Source: an uncultured Acidobacteriota bacterium
GTDB lineage: Bacteria > Acidobacteriota > UBA6911
DNA length: 64,000 nt
Assembly: GCA_963843575.1 (NCBI GenBank)
Contig: CAWJKZ010000026.1
Location: 96,001 to 160,000, forward strand
Direction of reading: 5' to 3'
In this document: piece by piece, positions 11,811 to 20,156 of the stretch
How the letters are laid out: each line of letters opens with the position of its first letter
Position numbering within the stretch: position 1 is the stretch's first letter
Translations under genes and position numbers: made by a program
The notes under the pieces: generated by a model
Told to the model about the DNA's origin: nothing
Seen by the model: the letters and a program-made list of their open reading frames with translations, nothing else
Databases searched by the model: none

Positions 11811-13162
11811 GTGTCTTTGCCCGGTTCGGTGTTTTCGCAGCGGCACATCCTGCTGTTCTGGGCGCCCCTGGCGGCGAGCTGGGCGTTGATGAGCGCGGAG
11901 GTGCCGGTGCTTCAGGCTGCGATCGCGCGCCTCCCCGACATGCAGACGCAGCTCGCGGCCTTCGGCATCGTGATGAGCCTGGAGATCGCGATCGAAAGCC
12001 CGGTGATCATGCTGCTGGCCACGAGCACGGCGATGTGCACGAGCGGGGCCAACTACAGGACCGTGCGCTCGCTTCACGAACTGGACGAACCTGTTCGTGA
12101 CGGTCGTGGCCGTTGCGGTGGCTTTCACGCCGCTTTACTCCTTGATCGTCCTGTCCGTCATGCGCATCCCGCCGCACATCGCCCGGGCGGCGCATCCGGG
12201 CATGCAGATCATGACCCTCTGGTCGGCGGCTATCGGGGTGCGCCGGTTTCTCCAGGGTGTGCTGATCCGGTACGGTCGGACGCGCTGGATAGGGATCGGC
12301 ACGGCAGCGCGCCTGCTGTCCTCGGGCGGGACCGGGATCGGACTTGGCGCTGACCAGCGCGCTTCCCGGGGTCCATATCGCTGCCATCGCGCTGATGGCG
12401 GGGGTCGGGACCGAGGCGTTGTTCATCGTCGTCGTCTCGCGTTCGACGGTGCGTCGCGTGCTCGCGTCGGGATCCGGGCCGCAGCACGAACGGCTGTCAA
12501 TCTGGGATGTGTTCCGCTATCACCTGCCGCTGGCCGCGACGTCGCTGCTCACCCTGATGGCGCAGCCGTTGATTGGCGCGGGTCTCGCGAGGATGCCCCA
12601 CCCGGAGGAGAACCTGGCGGCGTGGCCGGTGATCTGGGGGATCCTGTTCCTGTTCCGCAGCGCTCCCTTCGCGCTGCCGGAAGCCGTGATCGCGCTGGCG
12701 GCCGAGCGGCGCCTGTACGGAGCCGGTTCGTGTCTTCTGCCGGCGGATAGGCATCGTGTCCACGGCGGCGATGGCGGTTCTGGCCGCCACGCCTCTGCTC
12801 GGCCTTTACCTCCGCTACGTGGCCGGCATCCCGGAGCACCTCGCACGCTTCGTTTTGCCCGGCACGATCCTGGCGGTGGTGATCCCGTACATCAACTCAG
12901 TTCACAGCTGGTTCCGCGGCCTGCTGATGTACTCGCGCATGACGCGCGTCATATATTGGGGGATGGGTTTGAACCTGTCGATCACGGCGGCGCTCGTCTT
13001 CGCGGGTGTGGCCTGCACACCCCGGGGGCGGAGACGGCGATCGTGGCTCTCACGCTGTCGCTTGTGGCGGAGGTTTGCTATCTCAGGCGGCAGTCGGTCG
13101 CCGGTCTGCGGGAACCGGCTGCCGGGGGCTGCCGACCGCGAGTGGCGCGGGCCGGTCGTTGA
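11811..13162 (+). CDS. MOP-superfamily (ANKH/MATE-like) membrane transporter, frameshifted
   Basis: Two homologous halves (FWAPLAASW...AAIARLPD...LAAF and YHLPLAATS...AGLARMPH...LAAW), about 12 TM helices, split over 4-5 frames. Confidence 0.65.
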
Positions 13163-13924
13163 TCAGATGCGGAACTGGCCCCGGAACTGCATCTGCTTCG
13201 GGTTCATCTTCACGAACAGGTTGAATGTCTGTTGTTTCCGCTTGGTCTCGATCGTGAGCTGGCTCGTCAGAGTGATGTCCTTTTCCTCGCCGGTGAAGAG
13301 CAATTCGCCGTTTTCGCCGAACCTCGGGAAGACAAACGCCGGGTTAGGCCGTCGTGCGTCCGGGGCCCAGTAATCGAGGAGGCGGATCGGCGCGTCGCTT
13401 CTCGACGTGTGGAGGTAGGTGTTGGTCCGGAACGTGTCCAGGGTCGCGTGGGTGAAATAGCTCCGGACGTCGTACAAGCTGGAATCGCCGGCCGGGACCG
13501 ACCTGTACGCCAGCTGGATGACGACGGTCTTTTCGGGAGGGGCGGCGGCCAGCTGCGCGACCTGGAGGTCGATGGCCTCGCTGTCGGCGGGCCGTTGCAG
13601 CGTCTGCAGCCGCCAGATCGCCAGCTTCACGGGCAGCGCGGACAGCGTGCGGATTTCGAAAGTGATCGACGTTTCCCCCTCGCCGAATGTGGGCCCCTGC
13701 GCAGCTGCCGTGGTCCTTTCGTTCGTCGGGAAGCTGCTGTTGTCCACGAAGACGTTGGTCACGATTCTGAATGTCGAGGTGTAGGCCCACGGCGACTTGG
13801 TGAGCAGTTCCTCGCACTCGCGCGCGGTCCAGGTCTTATAGTCGCGCGAGTCCCAGAATTTTGCCGCAAACCCATTGGCCACAAAGAGGGCCAGGATCAA
13901 GAGCCCACACCTGAATGTTTTCAT
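13163..13924 (-). CDS. Secreted hypothetical protein
   Basis: Intact 253-aa ORF with signal peptide; WTxxECEELLTKSPWA N-terminal motif. Confidence 0.7.
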   Translation of the reverse strand: MKTFRCGLLILALFVANGFAAKFWDSRDYKTWTARECEELLTKSPWAYTSTFRIVTNVFVDNSSFPTNERTTAAAQGPTFGEGETSITFEIRTLSALPVKLAIWRLQTLQRPADSEAIDLQVAQLAAAPPEKTVVIQLAYRSVPAGDSSLYDVRSYFTHATLDTFRTNTYLHTSRSDAPIRLLDYWAPDARRPNPAFVFPRFGENGELLFTGEEKDITLTSQLTIETKRKQQTFNLFVKMNPKQMQFRGQFRI

Positions 13925-14090
13925 AAGGCATTTTAGCAGTTTCAGGTCCGGGGCATCTCGTCAGACAGCGGTAATGCGTCCTCCCGGCGGTGCGGGACGC
14001 TGGACCACGGGATCCAGACGCCATTCTCCTGTGCACATTTTCCCTTACTGGGCGCCTCCACGGTGCGCTGGGGCACAAATCGGCCGGATT

Positions 14091-14504
14091 CTAGTGGTAT
14101 AGCATCAGGTATACAATAACACCGGTGATCGAAACGTAGATCCAGAGTGGGAAAGTCCACCGGGCTACGCTTCTGTGCCGTTCGAAGCGCCTGCCCAAGG
14201 CGAACCGCAGCGTGACGGCGATCAGCGGCACGATGAGGGCGGCCAGCACCGTGTGGGACAGGAGTATGATGAAATACACGGTACGTATCCAGCCCTGGCC
14301 CTGAAACCGCACCGAGCCCGCGTGAGCGTGGTAAACCAGGTAGCTGAGCAGGAAGGCGGCGGAGCTGCCCAGTCCTGCGAGCATGAACTTGCGGTGCCGG
14401 GTGATGTTCCGCCGGCGGACCGAGATGTATCCGAGCAGCAGCAGCAGCGCGCTCGCTGCATTGAGCACGGCGTTAAGATGAGGCAGAAGGGAGTAATACC
14501 CCAT
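14091..14504 (-). CDS. DUF420 family membrane protein (CtaM/YozB-like)
   Basis: HLNAVLN, HRKFML, ILLSHTVLA, HRSVARWTFPLWIYVSITGVIVY. Confidence 0.88.
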   Translation of the reverse strand: MGYYSLLPHLNAVLNAASALLLLLGYISVRRRNITRHRKFMLAGLGSSAAFLLSYLVYHAHAGSVRFQGQGWIRTVYFIILLSHTVLAALIVPLIAVTLRFALGRRFERHRSVARWTFPLWIYVSITGVIVYLMLYH

Positions 14505-14537
14505 GAAGTCTCCTGTGCCGTTCCGCACGGGGCCGGC

Positions 14538-14553
14538 CGGAATGAAACTTGCG
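14538..14553 (+). promoter_or_regulatory. Possible sigma54 promoter of the lipoprotein gene
   Basis: CGG-AATGAAACTT-GCG, GG-N10-GC spacing, about 50 bp before ATG 14605. Confidence 0.4.
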
Positions 14554-14604
14554 TGGTTGCATCGCATCTACACCAGAAGCAGTTCTAACAAAGGAGAACC
14601 GTCG

Positions 14605-15536
14605 ATGTCTCGAGCCCATTATTTCCTTTTTATCCTCTTGCTCGCCACGGCAGCCTGCAGCCGGGCTCCCCAGGAGGAGCAGAAGTCCGCTCAGCAGCAG
14701 CAACCTGCGGCGTCGCAACCGGAGACTCCGGCGGCCCCGTCGGCCGAAGCTCCCGCGGCTCAGCCGGAGGCCGCGCCGGCTGCTTCGGAACCGCCCGCGG
14801 CGCAGCCTGCGGGGAAGGCGGCGGCGACCCGTCCCGCAAGGTCGGCAGCCCGGAAGGAAACCGCTCGATCGGTCGATCGCTCGTCTCCCATTTCGCGCTC
14901 CGAGGAAACCCAACCGGGGACGCGCGGTCAGGAGGCGCGCGCCGGCCGAGGCTGTTGTGCCGCCTACCGCGCGCGGCGGGGGCGCCTGCAGCTAACGTGG
15001 CTCCCGAGCCACCGAAGCCGCGGATCGCGATCCTCGCCTCGGGGACCAAGCTGGACGTGCGCCTGATGGATGATCTGAGTTCCGACGTTAACAAGTCCGG
15101 CGACAAGTTCGAGGCGACGCTGGACAACGATCTCGAGGCCAACGGTCAGGTGATCGCGCCTCGCGGCAGCGTCATCGTCGGCAAGGTCGTACGTGCCGAC
15201 CAGGGGGGCAGGGTGGAAGGGAAGGCCGGGTTGTCGCTGACCCTGACCGAGATACGCACGAAAGCGAATGCTTACCCGCTGCGCACCAACACGCTCTCCT
15301 TCACCGCGGAAAGCTCCAAGAAGCAGGACGCGACGAAGATCGGAGCCGGTGCCGCCATCGGGGCCGTTATCGGTGCCATTGCCGGCGGGGGCAAGGGTGC
15401 AGCAATCGGGGCGGGTGTCGGCGGGGGTGCCGGAACCGGTGCCGTCTTGGCCACGCGCGGCAAGGCCGTCAAGTTCCAATCGGAGCACCAGTTCACCTTC
15501 GAACTGCAGCAAGACCTTCAAGTGAAGCTGCAGTAG
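14605..15536 (+). CDS. Lipoprotein with Ala/Pro-rich linker, beta-domain and glycine-zipper C-terminus, one frameshift
   Basis: AGGAG RBS, lipobox ATAAC, GAGAAIGAVIGAIAGGGKGAAIGAG glycine zipper; frame change near 14950. Confidence 0.7.
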
Positions 15537-15538
15537 CG

Positions 15539-16318
15539 TCAACGCGTATTCGTTCGGGCCGCGACGAGCGTCGTGGCCCCGAACGCCGCCAGACCGAACA
15601 ACAGGCTGACCGCGAGGCAAGTGCCGAGCGAGGGCACGTCGATGGCGGCCTGCGCCTTCCCCATATACAGGACGCGCCGGATTGCGCCGACCCCGTAAGT
15701 CAGGGGATTGGCGAAAATCAGCGCGCGGATCCAGCCGGGCGCCCCGGAAGCGGGGAAGAACGAGCCGGACAAAAGCCACATCGGGATAAGCAGCAGGTTC
15801 ATGATCGCGTGAAACCCCTGAGTGGAATCCATGCGCCACGCGATCAGGAAGCCGACGGACGTCAGGGCGAACGCCACGATGAAAAGGACCCCGGCCGCCA
15901 CCAGGAACTTCCCCGGCGTCAACCCGATCCCCACAAACGGGGCGAGCAGCAGGAAGAGCAGGGCCTGCATCAAGGCCAGGGTGGTTCCGCCCAGGATCTT
16001 GCCCAGCGTGATCGCAGCGCGCGGGACCGGAGCCACCAGCACCGATTGCAGGAACCCCGCCTGACGGTCCTCGATGATCGAGATCGTCGAGAAAATCGAG
16101 GTGAAAAGCAGGATGAGAGCGAGGGTGCCCGGGAACGAATATTCCAGGTAGTGTTCCCCTCCGAGGGTGCTCGATCGAAAAGAGCTGCCAAGTCCGGACC
16201 CGATAATCAGCCAGAAAACCAGCGGGGTGCCGAGGGCGCCCACGATGCGGTGCCGTTGCCGGAGAAACCGCACCACCTCGCGCCACCACAGCGTCCCGGC
16301 CGGCAGCAGCAGGCTCAT
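15539..16318 (-). CDS. ABC-2 type transporter permease
   Basis: Six TM helices, DRQAGFL, LSGSFFP, NPLTYGV. Confidence 0.9.
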   Translation of the reverse strand: MSLLLPAGTLWWREVVRFLRQRHRIVGALGTPLVFWLIIGSGLGSSFRSSTLGGEHYLEYSFPGTLALILLFTSIFSTISIIEDRQAGFLQSVLVAPVPRAAITLGKILGGTTLALMQALLFLLLAPFVGIGLTPGKFLVAAGVLFIVAFALTSVGFLIAWRMDSTQGFHAIMNLLLIPMWLLSGSFFPASGAPGWIRALIFANPLTYGVGAIRRVLYMGKAQAAIDVPSLGTCLAVSLLFGLAAFGATTLVAARTNTR

Positions 16319-16340
16319 TCTCCCTCCCCTTGACGCGCCG

Positions 16341-17303
16341 TCAGGCCGGCGTGTCCGACTCCCACAATCGGTGGCCGGTACGGTGGATAAAAACGTCCTC
16401 GAGCGTCGGCTTGCCTAACGAGACGGCCTGGACCCGGCCCGGAAAGGCCTCGACCAGCTGCGGTATGAACTGGTGCCCCTCGTCCTTCTCGATCCGGACG
16501 GTTCCGTCCAGGATGCTGGCCTCGATGCCGAAACGTCGTTGGACTTCGCGCTGCAGATCGCCCGGCGTGTCGGTGTGGACGGTGATGACGTCCCCCCCGA
16601 TTTCCGACGTGAGTTGCTGGGGCGAGCCCAGCGCGACCACCTGGCCCTGGTGCAACAGGGCGAGACGGTCGCAACCCGCGGCTTCTTCCATGAGGTGGGT
16701 GGTCAGGAGCACGGTCACCCCGTCGCGTTTGCGAAGAAGCTGGAGATGGTCCCAAAGATCGCGTCGGGCACCCGGGTCAAGGCCGGTGCTGGGCTCGTCC
16801 AGGATCAGGACCTCCGGGCCGTGCAGGAGGGTCTTGGCCAACTCGACCCTTCTGGCCGTTCCCCCCGAAAGCGTCTCCACGATGTCCCGGGCGCGATCCT
16901 GCAGCCCGAGCCGCGCCAGCATCTCCGCGATGCGGGTGTCGAGGACTCGGCCGCGCAGCCCGTAGAGGTGGCCGTGGTGCCAGAGGTTTTCGCGCACCGT
17001 AAGTTTCTTGTCGAGGCTGGGGGCCTGGAACGCCACGCCGATCAGTTTCCTCGCCTGCGCGGGCTCCCGCACGACATCCCGGCCGTCCACGACGATGGTG
17101 CCGGAGGTCGGCGCCATCAGGGTGGACAGGATTTTGAACAGGGTAGTTTTGCCACCGCCGTTAGGACCGAGAAGCCCGAAGATTTCGCCGCGGCCGACGC
17201 CGAACGAGACGTCCCGCAAGGCGCGCACGGGCGAGCCGCCGCGGCGGGGTGGGCCGTAGGTGTGGGTGACGTCCCGCACTTCGACGATCGCGTCGCCGTT
17301 CAT
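16341..17303 (-). CDS. ABC transporter ATP-binding protein
   Basis: GPNGGGKTT, LSGG, ILDEPSTGLD, LTTH, PTLEDVF. Confidence 0.92.
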   Translation of the reverse strand: MNGDAIVEVRDVTHTYGPPRRGGSPVRALRDVSFGVGRGEIFGLLGPNGGGKTTLFKILSTLMAPTSGTIVVDGRDVVREPAQARKLIGVAFQAPSLDKKLTVRENLWHHGHLYGLRGRVLDTRIAEMLARLGLQDRARDIVETLSGGTARRVELAKTLLHGPEVLILDEPSTGLDPGARRDLWDHLQLLRKRDGVTVLLTTHLMEEAAGCDRLALLHQGQVVALGSPQQLTSEIGGDVITVHTDTPGDLQREVQRRFGIEASILDGTVRIEKDEGHQFIPQLVEAFPGRVQAVSLGKPTLEDVFIHRTGHRLWESDTPA

Positions 17304-17317
17304 TGGGCTGCGAGCCT

Positions 17318-18226
17318 TCATGACGAGACTTTGTCGATCATCATAAGGCCGAAAAGCATCGGCAGATAACAGACGGAGACCCAAAACAGCCTCCGGGCGG
17401 ACATTCGATTCCGCTGCCGGACGAAGACCAGGCCGTAGGCCATGAACCACAGGCCTAGTGCGACCGCCCCCGTCAGGTATACCTTACCCGCCAGCCCAGT
17501 CAGGAATGGGAGAACCGTGATTCCGATCAGCAGCAGGATAAAGAGGCCCGCCTGCCGGCTGGTCCTGGCGCCGGTTTCGTCGACGACCGGAAGGAGGGGA
17601 AACCCGGCCCGGGCGTAGTCGTCCCGATACATCCACCCGATCGCATAAAAATGCGGCAGCTGCCAGACGAACACGATGGCGAAGAGGATCCATGCCCGCG
17701 CCGGGAGCGTTCCGTTAACGGCGGCCCAGCCCATCGCGGTGGGAAGCGCCCCGGGGACCGCCCCGATCAGGGTGCAGAGCCACGTGCGTTTTTTCAGCGG
17801 CGTGTACAGCGCGAGGTAGCTCAGGAAGGTGAGGGCCGAAAGGAAACTCGTGAGGAGGTTGACGAACACGAGCAGGTAAATCATCCCGGCGGCCGAAATC
17901 AGGGCCGCGAAACCCAGAGCCTCCCGGGATCCCATCCTGCCCGCAGGGAGGGGGCGCCGCGCCGTACGGCGCATGAGTCCGTCCAGGTTTCGCTCCAAGT
18001 ACATGTTGAAGGCGCTCGCTCCTCCTGCTACCAAGGCCGTTCCCAGGAGGGTGTGGGCCAGCAGGACAAGGGGAAGGCCGCGGGGCGCGCCCGCGTAGAA
18101 GCCGACCAGGGTCGTTATGACCACCAGCACCGTGATCCGCGGTTTGGTCAGTTGAAGGAAATCGTTGGTCCGCGCGCGCATGGAGGCGGGATTGGCCGCG
18201 GGATACGTCTCAAGGCCGGCTTTCAA
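17318..18226 (-). CDS. ctaB: Heme O synthase (protoheme IX farnesyltransferase)
   Basis: LTKPRI, DGLMRRTARRPLPAG, YTPLKK, WQLPHFYAI, YRDDY. Confidence 0.95.
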   Translation of the reverse strand: MKAGLETYPAANPASMRARTNDFLQLTKPRITVLVVITTLVGFYAGAPRGLPLVLLAHTLLGTALVAGGASAFNMYLERNLDGLMRRTARRPLPAGRMGSREALGFAALISAAGMIYLLVFVNLLTSFLSALTFLSYLALYTPLKKRTWLCTLIGAVPGALPTAMGWAAVNGTLPARAWILFAIVFVWQLPHFYAIGWMYRDDYARAGFPLLPVVDETGARTSRQAGLFILLLIGITVLPFLTGLAGKVYLTGAVALGLWFMAYGLVFVRQRNRMSARRLFWVSVCYLPMLFGLMMIDKVSS

Positions 18227-18238
18227 TGGTTCGCTCCG

Positions 18239-19186
18239 TCAAGCGCCGGCGTCGGCCAGCGTTGCGCACCGGGCCGCGGATCGCGGCAGAAGCACGCGGT
18301 AAGTGCGCAGCGTCAGGATGACGCTGGTCGCCAGCGTCACGGCGCCGACGGCCACGTGCGACGTGGCAGGGATCACGCTGCGGGCCGACCATACGGTTTC
18401 GGCTCCCAGGAAGACCTGGAGGACTAGGGCGCCGAGAAGCACGAGGGCAGGGCGGACCAACCACGGTTCCGACTTATGTCTTCGGACGACCGCAGTCACG
18501 ACCCAGATGACGCATACGGCGACGACGACAGCTCCCAGCCTGTGGACGTACTGTATCAGGATCTGCTGACTGAACACCTCGGGGACAAGCCGTCCGAAAG
18601 CGAGCGGGAAGTCGGGTATCGCCAGGGCGCTGCCGGTGTGGCGCACGAGTGCGCCCAGCAGGATCTGGCCGTAGATGGCGGCCGTGGTCACCACCGTCAG
18701 CACCCTCAGGCGCGACCCGGTCCCGTCCTCCACGCGCGGTTCGCGCTCCCGCCAGCCACGCGACGTGAACACCGCCAACGAGACGGTCAGGCAAAGAAAG
18801 ATCTGCGCGAGCCCCGCGTGGCCGATCGACACCGCGGTCGGGAGAAGAAAGAGGACCGTGATCCCGCCCAGCAGGCCCTGGCAGATCACGGCCAGCAGGG
18901 CGAGAAGTCCGACCCGGCGGACCCAGCGGCGGGGTTCGCGAAACCAGGTCCAAGCCGCCAGGATGACGGTAAGAAACCCGACGCTCGCTGCCACCATGCG
19001 GTGGCCGTGCTCGTAAAACACGCCCCCCACCATCCTGGGGAAGAGCTGCCCGTAAGAGAGCGGCCAATCCGGGACCGAAAGGCCGGAATCGGTCGAGGTC
19101 ACCAGCCCACCCACATAGATCAGGCCGATGGTGGCGATTGCGACAAAGACGGCAAAGCGGTGTAACGACTTGCTCTGACTGTTCAA
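18239..19186 (-). CDS. ctaA: Heme A synthase (COX15/CtaA family)
   Basis: GLSVPDWP, EHGHR, QGLLGG, second-half VHR and H ligands, 8 TM helices. Confidence 0.9.
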   Translation of the reverse strand: MNSQSKSLHRFAVFVAIATIGLIYVGGLVTSTDSGLSVPDWPLSYGQLFPRMVGGVFYEHGHRMVAASVGFLTVILAAWTWFREPRRWVRRVGLLALLAVICQGLLGGITVLFLLPTAVSIGHAGLAQIFLCLTVSLAVFTSRGWREREPRVEDGTGSRLRVLTVVTTAAIYGQILLGALVRHTGSALAIPDFPLAFGRLVPEVFSQQILIQYVHRLGAVVVAVCVIWVVTAVVRRHKSEPWLVRPALVLLGALVLQVFLGAETVWSARSVIPATSHVAVGAVTLATSVILTLRTYRVLLPRSAARCATLADAGA

Positions 19187-19228
19187 GGTCGAATCCTCGC
19201 TTCGGTTGCCGAGATTGGGTTGGATGCC

Positions 19229-20008
19229 TTACGAAGCAGGGGCGAAAGCGAAATCCACTTCCCTGGTTTCCTTCTCGCCCACGCTGATCTTCTGCGTCCT
19301 GGTGCCGAACCTTTCATGCCAGGCTTCTATGACGTAGTCGCCGGGAGGCAGGTTCCTGAGGGTATAGGTCCCTTCCGGACCGGTCACGCTGAAATAAGGG
19401 TGCGCAACGACCCCGAAGTAGCTGGACATCCACTTGTGCACGTCGCACTTGAACCGGATCATTATCTCGGGGGACGGGAAGCTTCTCTCGCTGGACATGC
19501 CCTGAATCGGCTGGCCGATGTTGAATTCCGGGTTTTTCTCCGCGACGCAGCGGATGTTGTGCAGCGTCGTATCGGCGTTCACGATCCGGAGTTTCTGGCC
19601 GACCATGATACCGCCCACGTGCGGGGCAAAGCGGCAACCTTCCTGAGAGAGGACGACCGGTTCCGCGGGCGGTGGGAACGAGTAGCCTTCGAGCCCTTCC
19701 TTGACCCAGACAAACACATTCTGCAGCTTCCCCTCCCGGACTACGATTTCCTCGGTGTACAGCGGATCCTTGTGGAGAATCGCGCAGGTGGGATCGGAGG
19801 TCAGATTGATCGCGGCAGCCGGGGGCGGCGTGCCGGAAAATGTGATCCTGCCGCTTACGACCGCAGTGCTTCGTGCGGCGTCGGGCGCGGCTCGCCCGGC
19901 CATGTCGGGGGATTGGCCGCTGCCCTGCGGTTCCGGTTTCGTGCCGCAGCCGGCTGCACACAAGAGCGTCGTGAGGATCAGAAATGCCCGGAGCTTCCTT
20001 GTGTCCAC
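19229..20008 (-). CDS. Lipoprotein with cupredoxin-like core and carboxypeptidase-regulatory-like domain
   Basis: GGGAGG RBS before GTG, lipobox CAAGC, QEGCRFAPHV, LHNI, CDVHKWM, PPGDYVIEAWHE. Confidence 0.75.
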   Translation of the reverse strand: MDTRKLRAFLILTTLLCAAGCGTKPEPQGSGQSPDMAGRAAPDAARSTAVVSGRITFSGTPPPAAAINLTSDPTCAILHKDPLYTEEIVVREGKLQNVFVWVKEGLEGYSFPPPAEPVVLSQEGCRFAPHVGGIMVGQKLRIVNADTTLHNIRCVAEKNPEFNIGQPIQGMSSERSFPSPEIMIRFKCDVHKWMSSYFGVVAHPYFSVTGPEGTYTLRNLPPGDYVIEAWHERFGTRTQKISVGEKETREVDFAFAPAS

Positions 20009-20156
20009 GTCCAGCCTCCCAGGCGGAAACGGTGCGGGGCTCGAGATCGGTTTTGCCGTGTCCGAAGGCGACAACACTACGGCCCGGAACCACTTATGAT
20101 ACGGAACTCTCCGCAAACGCGTCAAGCTTAACAGGCGTCTGTGCGCGCCGTGGGGG

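Noticed and set aside
13936-13951. CGGACCTGAAACTGCT (minus strand) as a sigma54 promoter
   Set aside because: Poor match at both boxes, only about 12 nt from the start codon, and no convincing upstream motif identified
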